Assembly: GCA_964016885.1 (NCBI GenBank)
Contig: OZ024742.1
Span: forward strand, 111,724,001-111,788,000
Length of the DNA stretch: 64,000 nucleotides
Direction of reading: 5' to 3'
Origin: Eledone cirrhosa
Lineage: Eukaryota
Part shown: piece by piece, positions 25,601 to 39,667 of the stretch
Position numbering within the stretch: position 1 is the stretch's first letter
Layout: each line of letters begins with the position of its first letter
Program-made: the position numbers and the translations under genes
The notes under the pieces: model-generated
What the model was told of the DNA's origin: nothing
The model's database searches: none
What the model saw: only the letters and a program-made list of their open reading frames with translations

Positions 25601-28600
25601 TTCACTGATGGTTCACTGATTGTTCGATTTTTCAGAAACTGACGGTTCACTTAGAGAATAGGCAAATGGTCTGTTTTCATGACACTAGAAGAGGTGTCGA
25701 AAGAATTGCTAACGCACCACCTCCTAAGACGGAATTGACTGAGAGCTTTACGTATGACAGGGGACATGCTTTGAACCCGGATCAAAGGCAACTCTACTGC
25801 GATTTCCCTTCGCACTATACGTGGGATAAGAAGGGAAAGAAATGGAATGATAGTGAACAAAAGTTGAGATACATGACTATTGGGCAGGTTTGTAATGACC
25901 ATCCAGCATCTGGTGATGTGTTTTATCTCCGAATTCTGTTGCATAGTGATTTTTCGAGAGGTAAACAGAGCTTCGCTGATTTGAAAACAATCAATGGCGT
26001 GGAATATGAAACATACCAGGCTGTGTGTCAGCATCTGGGACACCTTCAGGATGACGCTGAATAGAATAACGCCTAGGAAGTTGCAGGAACAACACAGATG
26101 TCAGCTCAAATAAGGCAGTTGTTTGTCACGATTCTAGGATTCTGCAATTCTGCCAATCCAGGAGAGTTATTTGAACGCGATTGGGGAACTATGTCTGATG
26201 ATTTTAGGCTTCATCTTCAGGTCGATGATGAAAATTTGATGAAGACTCTTGTTTTGCTCAATATTGAGCAACTGCTTGAAGTTCATTTCAAATGTTTAAC
26301 AGATTTCAATTTGCCAATTCCTGATGAAGAAATGCGGCAACGTGTCTTAGCATTGAACATGAGATTACAGCTTAGACGGTTGCCACTCAATAGGAGGGAA
26401 CTATTCCAGTTTGATCTATTGGAACAGCAACGTATTGTGGATGAACGTATGCGAATGTTGACCCAATCTCAGAGAGAATTGGACGATGGCGTTCTCCACT
26501 CGATTTCCACTAATGAGCAACTTTGTGTTTTCATAGATGCTCCAGGAGGCAACGGAAAGACATTCTGTTTCAACACTATGTTATCGGCAGTCAGAGCTCA
26601 GAGGAAGATTGCTCTCCCTGTGGCCACCAGTGGGGTTGCTGCCACTTTGCTGAGTGGTTGAAGTACCTTCCACTCATGCATCAAAGTTCCATTGGCTCCG
26701 GATGAGTTGAGTGTCTGTAACATTACAGGGAAAGTGAACTCGCGGGCCTTATACGCAATAAGTCTCTGATTATTTGGGAAGAGGCTCCAATGGCACACAG
26801 ATATTTGCTGGAGGCATTGGACAGAACTGTAAGAGATATCTGTGGTAGTGACCTGCCATTCGGTCGTAAGACTATCGTTATTGGTGGCGATTTCAGACAG
26901 GTGCTACCAATTGTTAGGAATGCTCAAAGAGCGCAAATTGTCGATGCATGTCTGAAAAAGTCCCCGTTGTGGCGCCATTTCAGAGTTTTGCGAATACACG
27001 GTAATATGCGACTTCGTATGTTCGTTCAAAACGAAGAGGCTGAGACATACAGCCGATGGTTGATGCAGTTGGGAAACGATAAATTGCCACACGATGGTGA
27101 TAATCAGACTGTAAGAATCCCATACCATTTGGTAATACCACTGGTCCGCCAAGCATTGATTGTCTGTGTGCTTCCTAATTTGAATTCTTCTTGGCAGAAT
27201 ATCTCCTGGATATCGGAACGCATTATTCTAACTCAAACGAATGCAACGGTCGATGAAATAAATTCACAAGTAGCCGGAATGTTTCCTGGGGAGGAATGGT
27301 TGACCGTCAGTGCAGATGCAATGAAGCCTAATCAGCAGAACAATATGGATGTTCCGACTGAGTATCTGAATTCACTTAAAATACCCGGATTTCCCCACAT
27401 ATTATATTGCTTAGAAATATCAATCATAATATCGGTATTTGCAATGGTACCAGATTGATTGTTGAGAGATTGATTAACGGAAGAGTTTTAGAAGCTAAAC
27501 TCCCAGGCAGAGAGGAATGGGTTCTCATTCCGAGGATCATGCTGAGACCAAGTGAAGATCTGCTGCCATTCATTTGGCAAAGGAGACAGTTTCCCGTCAA
27601 TTTGGCCTTGACTGTCAACAAGGCACAGGGACAGACTTTCAAGAGAGTCGGTGTCTACTTGAATGATCCAGCATTCAGCCATGGGCAACTGTATGTTGCT
27701 GCATCTCGAGTGTGCGATCCTGAGGGCATAACATTTGCAATTGATACCACTAACAGAGGAACAACCCTGAATATTGTCTATAATGAAGCTTTTAGCTGAT
27801 GTATACATATCTTTAATGCTATAAAGAAGCGCGTAAATGATTCGGACATTGGTGTTTTTTCATCAGTATTGTGAGCTTTGACAGAGTTATCATTTATGTT
27901 GAATGTCATTTATTGTCGATAATGAACAATAAAAACCAACAAGTTTTGTTAGAAATTGCCTTCAAACTTATCGCTTCTGATTGCCGTGGTAATAAAACCT
28001 CATCATATGCTGAGTCTGGCAAAAAGTTTGGTGCCTATAGCCGGCGAGGGCTAGAGTAATATTGAAAAACGATTCTATTTTCTAAGTAGAAGGATCCGCC
28101 ATTTGGAGTTCAAACCAGGCCACCTCCCTGAGTTGAACTCTGGGCAACATTGACTGTCTATTACTCAGTGGCTAAGACCTGGAAATTACTGAATAAATGT
28201 TTGTGTCATATAATTTGTTGTTTTATTATTATAGCTCACCACTTATAGATAAGCATGTTATCCATATCCATATTAATTTGGCATTTGTATAAACCATTTC
28301 AAGTAAATAGAGACCTTTTTTACATTGACAGACATATTTTATATTAATTATCCATATCTACATATAATATAAAATATTGGAACTTCCATCATCCTTTTGA
28401 GAAACGTGGAACAACCACCTCTATGCAATGATAGATACACGTTTTACAGTCAGGCAGACATGAACCACCTCCAAGAGGTCACTATTCTAGGTGGGAGCAC
28501 CTAGAATTGTTCATAGACTATGCACAAACCGTACAACGAAGAATCTGGTATATCTGGAAGATTTTGTTTACTGTTTTTTGAATCACACAGACAACACGGA

Positions 28601-28706
28601 CTCGCCTCATACTGTAACCAGACAAACATCCAATACAGTCATTTTCTCTTTTACCTGTCTTCTCTTAGCATCTGTTTACGCGGGCGAAGCTGGGTACGTC
28701 AGCTAG
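22645..28706 (+). mobile_element. Helitron (canonical Helitron1 type), near full length
   Basis: Candidate 5' end A|TCTATATATT at 22645; 3' GC-rich hairpin-like CGGGCGAAGCTGGG then CTAG|T at 28703-28707; contains the RepHel pseudogene. The 5' boundary is less certain than the 3' boundary. Confidence 0.8.
23264..27799 (+). pseudogene. Helitron RepHel (HUH-Y2 Rep + PIF1-family helicase), disrupted by stops and frameshifts
   Basis: Zn motif CPHCGALHW..CCHKG; Rep motifs PDLFITVTCNPEW, IEFQKRELPHAHLLI, KYLLKYVYK; helicase DAPGGNGKTF, GGDFRQVLP, QFPV..TVNKAQGQT, FSHGQLYVAASRV; split across ORFs 23264-24493, 24545-24748, 24758-25597, 25666-26064, 26098-26661, 26790-27458, 27407-27799. Confidence 0.96.
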
Positions 28707-29153
28707 TAATGATATAATTCCAACAATTCGTATATGCAATTAGAATAAAGCGCAATGCTATATCAACATAAATTTCTACTGACTCTGCCAAATTTAGTCT
28801 GTGACACCATGCACGAATTAAGTGATGAAATACACCAATGATATAAGTGAAGCGAGTTGATATGGTTTTAAAGAGGATAAGTAAGAAAACGAGTTAAATC
28901 TCGCCACCACAATGTACATTAAGACATATATTAAAGATTGCGATTTGATTAAATATATTCATCCAATTTGACATCATGGCTAACTAGCAATTTACCATGT
29001 TACATACTAATAAATCAGTCTATCTCTCTATATCGTTTATGATATAATTTCATTTATCATAATGTAATACCTTTCAAATTCTAGACATCTTAATACTAAA
29101 TGTATTTACAGATTATGTTCAAGAACATGTTGTATCTTATTCATGACATGTAC

Positions 29154-29196
<43 letters not shown>

Positions 29197-29497
29197 TACA
29201 CATTCACACACACACACATATATATATAAATGTGTGTGTATATATATACATGTTTACATTTATATATATATATATATATATATATAAATTTCTAAAGCCA
29301 GCATGTATATGTGAAGGTATGTATATTTCCTCTGATAATTTGTATTATTTTTACATAGATCTATAAGATATACATACCAACACACATATACATCCTAGAA
29401 ACGATCGTAAAATGATGAATCTTTAATATAAGGAACTTGTTCTTTGTTTTTATTTCATTGTTTTTTATTAATTTATATATATTATTTTATCTTTGTT

Positions 29498-29570
29498 AGT
29501 TTCAGAAGATCCCGTTAAGGGTGAAAGCAGCGATTCTTTGCTTAAATTTTAATCTGTTATTTTAATAAAT
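29498..29570 (+). ncRNA. Hammerhead-like fold with CAGAAGA core, second copy
   Basis: AGTTT-CAGAAGA-TCCCGTTAAGGGT-GAAA-GCAGCGATTCTTTGC-TT-AAATT, then AATAAA and (TA)n. Confidence 0.58.
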
Positions 29571-29605
29571 ATATATATATATATATATAAATAAATATGT
29601 GTGTT

Positions 29606-29736
<131 letters not shown>

Positions 29737-30907
29737 GTGTGTGTGGGGGGAGGGGGTCTGTGTGTGTGCGTGTGTGTGTCTTTATGTCTGGATGAAATCA
29801 ATATCATTAACAGCATATATCTTTATTTGACCTTCATAGAAACGTGGTTTAGAAAAAGATCACTTTAATTTAGGATGATAATCGACTCAACATTAACAAA
29901 AACATTAATATAGGAATAGTATTAGGTCTAATGAATCGCAAAGTGAACACGTTTCTTTGTGGCGTCAATCATTTATATGAACCTCAGTACTTGATCATTA
30001 ATACCAAACGTGACATCGGTGGGATTTGATCCCCCAACGTAACAAGCCTTACATTAAGTATTGCAAGGCAATCTTCTCCAACTCTATAAAGATTTCATCA
30101 AAGAGTAACTAAATTAATCAATACGCCATTATATTTTTTCATCTGTGCGTGTGTCAGGGTGGGGGCGGATTCAATTAGATGGACAACTTTATTTGACTAG
30201 TACATTATTTTATCTTTCTCTGAAGGATGAAAGGCAAAGCTTTCCTTGGTGAGACTCCAACATAGATCATTAAGAGCTGTAACTAAGTACGATATGGAAA
30301 TTTTGCCAATGATCTGAAGAATCGGCCAAAATAATATTAGTAAAATGGTCTTTTATTTTGTTACTATAATGCATTCGTACATGCAAAAGCAGCTACAACG
30401 GTCTGCCGTGTTGTACTTCCACAGTAATTGAACCGAATGTTAAAGCAAGTATGATATAGAATATTGTTGAACATTAAACATATAAGAGTGTATAGAAATA
30501 AGTTGATTAATATGCAGTATATATAAATAAAATGCAAACAAATCGACTTTGGCTAATATATCATTAACGGTCCAGCTTACTACCCTGTACTGTTAGATCT
30601 TTCGGCTTTCGTAATACAACAACAGCGTACACACACATGAACATTTAGTGGTTTCAGTACGAAGCCGACCACATATAATTCAGTATTATCACGTCACTAA
30701 TCTACTGCAGAAGTTCAATGTCAATGCCTATGCCTTCGGCTCTGATCCCCCCGTTCTACTTTGGCCAATATTTTGTATTACTTAAAAGTATTGACTTGAT
30801 TTCTTGCCATGTTTTCATTTTTTTTCTTTTCCTTTCTAAATACATATCGTTACATGGATTAGTTTCTTTTTCCACTTCCGACGCTTTACATATTCTTCTA
30901 TTTCTAT

Positions 30908-30940
<33 letters not shown>

Positions 30941-31234
30941 CTGTGTGTGTGCGTGTGTGTACGTCAGAAATGATAATTATCATTTCCTTTCCTATATATA
31001 TTTGACACAACTTGAACATCTGAGATGTGTGCGTGCACTATTTCATCGCTGCACGAGATCAGGACTACTGACACAACTACAATATATGAAAGGATCACGA
31101 TATCATCATCATATCATACACAGTGGGACTTTTCACGTTGTTTAATACAATTCACTGTGTATAACATTTAATCAATCATCATATGTGTTAGTCAGATAGT
31201 ATATTTATTTTTATTGTCCATTTTAAGTTTATTA

Positions 31235-31600
31235 TTCTTCTTCTTTTCGTATTTTCGAACCATGTGGTTATATGAAAGTTTCCCGTTTCCTTACACCGTC
31301 CTTTGAATTATTATTAAATTCTGCGAGATCTTTTAAGCTGCACTGGTTGGGTAGTAGAGGGCAAACAAGGCAGTACTGTATCGTATGGTCCTCCTCTCCG
31401 CATTCACAGATGGTTGGGCCGGTCTTGTAGCCCCATCTGGCCATAGCAGCTATTGATCGCCCATTCCAGTTCTCAGGTGGTTGACTCTCTTCCGCTGGAC
31501 CCATGGTGCTTCTGAGCCACGAGGGAGAGCTTCAGAAGGGGGGATTCCCATGTCAATAGGAGTGGAGTCATTCTCTAACTTTCTAGTCCATAGCTGTAGT
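31235..31600 (-). mobile_element. LINE C-terminal fragment (Vingi/Ingi-like)
   Basis: GRSIAAMARWGYKTGPTICECGEEDHTIQYCLVCPLLPNQCSLKDL, a CCHC-type C-terminus; (GAA)-rich 3' end. Confidence 0.65.
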
Positions 31601-31744
31601 ATTATTGATATCATATAAATAACTAAAAAAACTTGTGATTGTTTTATTGGTCACAGATGGCAAATATATTAACTATGGAATAGAAGATATGAGGAATAAA
31701 CGTTATTATAATAGATCATTTAATCAAGGCGAAAATTACATTTT

Positions 31745-32420
31745 CAGTTAAAGGCCTAGGTCAGGAGAGAATGAAAGCTGTTTGATGGGCATAAGTGGCA
31801 GAGGCACAGCACAGCATGGAAATATATCGACCATTGAACATTGGCGGACCGAGGTAGCTGCATACCATTTGATTTCAAGAACCCGGAAATGTCTGTGGGC
31901 TTGGCGGACGGACCGTTTAAGTTGTTCGAGGCTTTGGTTAGTCTGTACATCCCTGAGTCTAGGAAATGAGAGCAAAGGTGTCACTCACAAACAGAAATTG
32001 GTGAGGAGGAAGCTATCTCTGAAAGGTTAAGTTAAGGTAGTGAATGTGTCCATCTCACTCTTATGTATTACCACCTGACTGTTGTACCTTGCACTAGATT
32101 GCACATCACCTTGCTGGAGCAACTGTACCTTCAATTCTTATGGGAGGGACTTGTTTCTCTAGTTATGCAACCTCTCTGCTGCAAACACCCTTCGCATGGA
32201 GTGCTCCGGATGAAGTGCCTGATGATGACCAAATATGCGCCGCATATTCAGCATTTGCAGATATTCCTAAACTGTAAGGAGGTGTTATCAGACAAGTTTC
32301 TTTCCGGGGCACTTGGCTTTGGCTACAGTTTTTGGTTAAGGGAAGGCCGAGACTGGAAGCCTGGCACCTGGAATCTTGTCAGGCGGCTACAATCATCGTC
32401 CCCTCAGGTAATACTATTAG
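31745..32420 (+). mobile_element. L1/Tx1-like LINE fragment, decayed
   Basis: YYHLTVVP..LEQLYLQFLWEG..VMQPLCCKHPSHG aligns by eye with ERLLFRLLSKGR..VRQSICCQHPLRG of the 41.6-43.1 kb element. Confidence 0.7.
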
Positions 32421-33064
32421 TGGAAATTCCACGTTAGCCTTCTATATTAAAGTAGTGATTGAAAACAGCGACGAAGTTCTCGGAGAAAAGTGTGGCCGTT
32501 GACGAGAATGAATTAACCAGTCTGTTCCGGACAACTATAGCCAATGTACAGAGATGTATAGCCTGACAAGGCATTCGTTGTGCACTGCGGGTTCCCGGGA
32601 AAGCCTACGATTGTATGCCTGCTGTCAAAATCCTTGTTTGATTGGCACGCACAGAGACGAGACAGTTTGCATGCATTCGTCTTATGGATCAAACAGCATT
32701 TATCCCGCGTGGGATGGATCCGGCTGTCGGACTTCTCCAGTACGATGTTCACTGAGCCTTCTTCTTTTGTCCAGGAAACCAAATGCTGAATAACCGGTGT
32801 ACATTTTTCTTAGTAACATGGCTATGGCCAAATAAGATGTTCTTTGGACGTAACTCATAGATCTGTAGACAGACAAATTACTCGTCGACCATGTCCTCGT
32901 CGACGTTTCCAAGTAATTCTTGGAAAGGAACTTCAGGAAGAAGAGAAATATGCTGTCTCATGGAAATTTGGGAAAAGGTGAATGAATGTACCTTGGATTG
33001 CTCGAGTAAATAGGCCTACTCTAAGGAACTGACTCTTGTCGGTCGATCCTATCTTGATCAACCA

Positions 33065-33284
33065 ATTAAATCAAGTTCATGTAATCTGTGTAACCAATGA
33101 TTTTAAATTATAGACACCCTATTCAATGCTTGAATCCCAGCCTAATAAATACTTGTGGACACAGCAAAAACACTATTGGTCATCAAGATCGTACCTAGAC
33201 AGAGTATTTATTAGGCCGGAATTCAACGATTGAATAGAGTGTCCACAATTTAAACTCATTGGTTACACATGATCTTGATTTAAT
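33065..33284. repeat. MITE-like inverted repeat (~85-bp imperfect arms)
   Basis: attaaatcaag..tgtgtaaccaatga..cctaataaatact / agtatttattagg..tcattggttacaca..cttgatttaat. Confidence 0.75.
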
Positions 33285-34329
33285 ATGCAAATGCTTCTAG
33301 TGATTGAGATCGTTTGGCAAGTGATCTTGCTCCCATGCTTACCACAAGCCACGCACATTTATACTTTCTATTCTGAGTGTAATCATGGTAGTCATTTAGA
33401 AATAGGGCTTTCAGAAATCCAACTGATTCAGTGTTCTCCTTAGATGAAAAGTTCATTTCAAGGTTCTTTTTGATGAGCCTTAAACCAAAAGAGCCCACCA
33501 TCCACGGGAAATATATATTTCAAATTTCTAAATGTTATTGTCTGTTACATGGTGACTTTTTTTAAATTTATTAAAGCCAACCTTTTTTGTTTCTATATTG
33601 TGGTTGTACAAAACGTCGTTCAGCAGCTCCCTGTTGCTCATTCGAACAATCGAGAATTTGATGCGAGATAATTTTGTTCGAGTTTGTTGATTTCCTTGTT
33701 CTCGTGCCATTGTGATTTTCCTTTTTGTCTGTGTGTGTTTCATGGGAATGAGGATGCCTGTTTTCAGTTGCGTTTGACTAACCTTGTTGCCTATTATTGG
33801 TGTCCCAATTTAGCGTGGGCCGAACTCTGATGGGGACAATGTTAAAATCCCCATCACTGGCCGCTTTTGTGTTTGTTTTGTTTTGTGGGTATCTTTCTCC
33901 CTGCACATCGGGGTGTCACGATTGGAGAGGTTGGTATTTGAGAAATAGAAGAAGAAGAAGAAGAAGAAGAAGAAGAAGAAGAAGAAGAAGACTACTAGCC
34001 TTCGATAACATTGCAATAATATAAATGTATAATGAAACAAATATTATTTACATTACGAAAATATTAACTGCCATTCATGTCAGTTGTGGGTCACAGAATG
34101 TTACATTAAAAACCGGATGGGCGTAAGCATAATTGACAGTCACTAGGATTAGATGTAACTGATCATATTTTTCAATGAGTTTCATTCAACGATGCATATT
34201 ATTCATTCAACGATGCATATTATTCATTCAACGATGCATAATATTCTTTATTACCAATATCTAGCATTTCATTTACAAATAATACTTCATTTTGTTGTGT
34301 GGAAATAAATTTATCTTCATCACATTGTT

Positions 34330-34625
34330 AGAGCTTCATTTTCTTCTGCTCTTCAATGGATTCTTCTTAATGTGTTTGTACTGTCTAAAAGCATTATTTA
34401 TCTTATTTCTACAATATATTTAGTCGCTATAAATTGCTTTAATACAACGGATTATCAAAAATTAAAACAGATTTTGTTAAAATCTTTTTATTTTTTGATA
34501 ATCCTTCGTAATGAAGTAATCTACGGCGACTAAATATATTGCAGAAATAAGATAAGAAATTATACATTGAGGCAGTGCAAGTAAGATGATTCCATTTAAG
34601 TGCAGAAGAAAATTAAACTAAAGAA
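34330..34625. repeat. Old diverged palindrome / foldback element centred near 34477
   Basis: ttatcttatttctacaatatatttagtcg..ggattatcaaaaa / tttttgataatcc..cgactaaatatattgcagaaataagataa. Confidence 0.75.
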
Positions 34626-35162
34626 ACGTGTTTGTTTGTGTAAATACGGTACATGATGCCAGTATGACACAATAGTCCCTTTATAGAAACACATCGTTGA
34701 TAAGCATGTAAGTTATAAGGAGGCCATGGTAGAGTCGGGCATTCCGTATTAATATCGCCGAAGCATATAGCTTGCTTAATCTTGAGATACTCTTATGTCG
34801 ATAAAGACAGCCTCTATTAACTATATTTGAAAGAAGGTAACCGAAAAATGGACGCTCCCTTCTGTTAGGCAGATATCTCTGAACTTGGTTCGCAAGGAGG
34901 TCAACATAAAATGTATTAGGGTGTATTGAAATCCAATACCAAAATATACTATATTCCCGAAGACAAAGAAGAAGGTTAAATAAAGTATTCCGTCAAAAGG
35001 GCATTCAAAATGGTATGCTGGACCTCTCAGCATTGATTCGAAACAACGGGCCAGTCCCTACACTCTTCAAGTACAGAAAACCTATAGAGCAAAAGGAAAA
35101 ATATGAGGTCAGTTGAAAATGGCTTCACTTTAGCGCATTATGTGTTGTAAAACTATATAATT

Positions 35163-35278
35163 GTTTCTACCTTTTGGCACAAGGCCAGCAATTATACCAG
35201 TATATTACTGGTACTTTATTTTATCGACCCCGTAAGGATGAAAGGCAAAGTTAACCTCGGCGGGATTTGAACTCAGAC
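35163..35278 (-). mobile_element. tRNA-derived SINE
   Basis: Same family as 20050 and 48026; B-box-like GAGTTCAAATCC on minus strand. Confidence 0.85.
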
Positions 35279-35739
35279 CAACTCCACGAATATACTTCAT
35301 CGGAATAATATATGATATATTGTATCGGAATGAACGGAGGAAACATTGACCACAAGTCTGTTACTGTCTAAGGAAGCTACTGAATACGCAGCAGTGTACA
35401 TATTAGTCTACTTCAATGCTACTGCGCTAAAATAAAATGAACGGGAAACAACGATTAGAAGCCATTTTAACAAAACTATTCATTTCTCCATTTTAATTTA
35501 ATTATTTTTTTATTTATCCAACTATTAATCTTTCTGCATATATATGAATATATGTATATATTTATGTGGAAATATCGGTGATTATATATATATATATGTG
35601 TGTGTGTGTGTATTTGTGTACAAGCGTATACGATTTATTTAGTGTGGATGAACTAGTATATGCTCACACCACTCATGCTTTCATACATGGGATAGTATAT
35701 ATGTTCATGAATGAGTGTGTCATCAGTAAATGTGCAGGT

Positions 35740-37640
35740 CCTTCAAGCAATTTCTGTCAATTTTTCTCCATTAAAATCACTCGAAGTACGCCAGAAACAA
35801 TTCACTGGTGGCACTACCCACGCTGCTTAACATCACTGATGCGATAATTGGAAGGAGGAGCACGGCGCAATATGAAATTAACTTCACCCAGCCGAGATGA
35901 GGTCATAATAGGGATTTGCCGCCTCAGGCATTTGGGGAATGTCATCATCAGGCGGCCTGCACAATCATGGCTGAAGCACTCACGTGATCCATCGACTAAA
36001 CGCTCAATATCAACAGCCTGTACGACTGGAATAATTAATTCAGTTTTGCGACACCCATGCTAGGGATCCCGATGGTCCGGTACGGTTCTATTACCTGCTT
36101 GACTTCGAAGCGCAGAAGCAACATCGCTTACTTCTGCCAACTCTAAACAACTTGGTTCTCATATTTCATGCTACCCACATGAGCCGACACCACACATGCA
36201 GTCCTATTCCGACTGCACGAACCGGCTCGAAACCGAAGCAATCGTAAATTAATTGAGGGTGACGTTTCTGCTTCACTGTATGTCTTATCATATATTGACA
36301 CAGTACTGCGGATGTTCTAGCCGCTCTCCTACTTAATAATCCACACCCATTCTGCGGTCGATGCATTTCAGGGACCTGCGACCATGAATACGCGCAGGTG
36401 TTTCAGCGACGACATCAGCTAGATAATAAGTCATGTCCAGCTCGCAGTTAAAAGTGGATGTGGGCGGCAGCTCATGAACTTATGCACATTATAGAGTGCA
36501 TTCCTTAATTGTCACCTACCCTTTTGGTGAAGCTGGACATCCGAAAGGCCTTCAACAGCAATGGGCGTGATCACATCTTTGAGACGTTTCTATGATTTCT
36601 TTTCTCGATACTCCTTCATGATCACCTCTCCTATGAGACACCGAGCACATCTATGGCTGTTGACAATTATTTCAATTTTTCCACACATATCCAGCCAAGG
36701 GCCCACGCAGTCCACTCCTCTTTGTGTCGGCTGTCGATGACCTTTCCTTCGCACTCCTCCCCCCAATAATAATGATACTATGACTATGCGACCCTGTGTG
36801 GCTTAGCTGAAATTGTTTTAGAGGACCTTCAGCAAGTTATTCTAACGCTAAAGCTGCGAAGATGTTAATGCGTGCGTCAGCGAGCTGAATTTGAAAATTC
36901 CGTACAGGGGCTCGGCTGGTGCTGAAAGACGCAGTTTACGACATCAAATTTATGTCTACCTTCCGGCAGATTGTGTCTTCCTTGGACCAACACAATATCA
37001 CCCGCCTCCGAACCAAAAATCGGCGTGTGGTTCAATTCGTGTACCTCGTCTTCATCAGGTACTCATCTGGATGATGAGTGCATTTGCAATGGAATGCTGC
37101 TGCGTATTGTCCTCAATATTTGTGAACCATACATACGCTGTTGAAGAGCTGTAGGTGAATAGGCCATTCTGCATCCGCTCACGTAACCATAGTGCAGGCC
37201 GGTCGGTTTCCTGGACAACCCCATCTGACCGATTCATGAGCAGGAACCATGATGCAGTCGAGTTCCAGTCTAAACTAGAGTCAGTTGGATGTACCATGTT
37301 AAGGGTAAGTGCCCCGACGGAGCAATCCCCTTCCAATTTGAGGGAGGTTAAATATATTCTTCGCTTCCAGAATAGTCGCAGCGGTTGAAAACCCGGAGAT
37401 CTCTTCCCGCAAGGCATAGGAGATGAATATAACTATACACCGGAGCTTGATTGATCTCTTCCTTATCATATCGGTCACTGTCGACACCTCGGTTGTCATT
37501 GGTCCCCTCACTATTGATTTCGTTTGAAAAATCATAAAGAGAGTCGCGCACCTGACGAAGGAGTCCCTTGAATAAGAGTGACAGTTGTAACAAGACACGT
37601 TGATTCTTCTCCATGGTAATACATATGCCATTTTATGCGC
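35740..37640. mobile_element. Rearranged, heavily decayed RLE-type LINE (CRE-like)
   Basis: Plus strand ~36430-36880: QLAVKSGC..AAH..LVKLDIRKAFNS, SPLLFVSAVD (RT remnants). Minus strand ~37150-37600: ETDRPALWLRERM, resembling the RLE C-terminus. Confidence 0.45.
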
Positions 37641-39452
37641 GAGTTACAGCGCAAACACTGCTCAGACTGGGTGTTTTTCAGTCACTCCCTTCCCTGTTCC
37701 TTTCTTTGGTTGCATGATTATATTGTATTACTCTTTTTTTCTAATTTTCCTCTTTTTGTTTTCTTATTACTATGTATATAGTGCAGAGTTTACTTCTAGA
37801 TATATTGTATTGTAATAAAATTTAAGAAAATGGAAAACAGTTCTAATTTATTTCTAAAAAAAAAAAAAAACCCAAAACATAGAAACCTGACTTTTGAATT
37901 TGAACAAAGTCATCTGTGTGGGGTGTGAATTATCTAATTGAATACTGGTTATAATATCACCACGGAATACAAATTTAATATGTTTGTAATATTTTTCTCC
38001 ATTGTTTTGATCAGGTATACCATTGCAACCATTAAACACATTCTGGTTTAGATAGTGTGTCTAAATATACCACCATTCCCTATTTGATGAGACTCGATTT
38101 AATAGGATTATTAACGACACATGCTCTCTTCCGATTATAATATCAATGTTTTCCAATTGTACGTTTCCTCTTGTTTATCTTGCAAACCCCAAGTATAACG
38201 ATATTCAAGTCAGTAATATATTGTTCATAACGTTTGTGATAAAAGGTGCTTCGTTTCATTCATTAGGTATATTAGTGAAATTAGATCTCTACTGAAAAAC
38301 GAGGTAATAACGAGCTAGGCTGCGCAATTTACTTTTTATATAGAGATAGCTGGTATTTTTTCACTGCCTCTTCTTCTTACAGAATTATTGATGTAATTCA
38401 TTTTGACATGTCATGATTGATATCCTGTCTTAGATTTGGAAGTGATTTGTTCATATAAGTTATCTTCAATATCAGTGAAAATGTTAGCTGTCGAAAGCTT
38501 TATGGTAATCGATCAACGCTACACTTATATTTTTATTTCTTTTGGCCTCCGATAACTCTTATTTACAGATACTTATTTCAGATATATTTTACTCCGCTAG
38601 TAATATAATATAATCTATGAAAGAACATCTAGTATGATATATATTATTACCCAATTTGCATCATGAGTTCAAATTAGGATTGGAGACAAATTTGCAAATG
38701 AAGTTTTTTGTGAGAGTTCTTCATGATAAAATGCCAATAAATGACGGTGGATGGGTGAAATACTTGTCATCATGCTCTTCACGGTGGGCCATAGAATCAT
38801 ATAACTGAACAGACATACGACAACAACCTGATACACCATCAACCTCATACGTAAAAGACGAATCAGATTTCAAAATTACGTGTTGTATAAAAAGTTTAGA
38901 AATTAGTTATTGTTTCACTGTAGTAATCAGCCGTGGTTTGATTCTGCCATAATACATTATTTCATATATTTCATATATTTCATTTGTACCTTTATATATA
39001 TATATAGATTTTCTTTTGCTTAATCACATGTTTCAGTCAGAAACCGAACTTCATCCTAATGTTTCCCAGCAACGTTTCAAATATGGTGTCGATGAAGAGG
39101 ACTAGTAAGATCGAATTAGATAATTACTAGGTAAATAATACTCAAAATATACTTCAAAATTTAATTTTAAAGAATTTAATTTGCACAGCTACCTTCAGTA
39201 CCTATACCAAAACTTTAGTCATGATCTCTATGCTCCCTCGTGACCATTATATATTAAATAATTAAACAACTGTGTGTGCTCACGATATCTTCTGTTTTAA
39301 TAATTATTTTATTGTTAAAACTACATGTATCTTGGTTTATCTAGCAAATGGTATGGTTATCAATACTCTGAGCATTCCTGCTTCAATGGATCACTGTCAT
39401 ATTTTTAAAGGTCCTTGGTATCTACGCTTACATACGTTGTATATATATATAT

Positions 39453-39667
39453 ATCGTTTCTGAATTTGTTTAGCAAGATTCTTTATCTGAAAACGTGTGT
39501 TGAAACCGATATTGTTACACTTTGGGAGGGTCATGCTGCCAATAACAAACACACGCACCAGTCGCTTTCACTCCAATTTATTCTAAATTAAATGTATAAT
39601 AAATTGGAGTAAAAACTGATGGTGCGTATGTTTCTGATTGGCAACATGACCCACCCAAAGTATAAGA

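Noticed and set aside
32440-33000. Coding-like minus-strand debris (RIHPTRDK..)
   Set aside because: Probably a decayed transposon, but no motif identifiable with confidence
37850-38420. Possible PLE RT remnant on the minus strand (SNFTNIP)
   Set aside because: Single short motif amid stops; insufficient
39020-39060. Minus-strand GGATGA-AGTTCGG..TGACT-GAAA-CATG-TG next to a TA run
   Set aside because: Both the core and the cleavage triplet are altered and there is only one copy; cannot be supported
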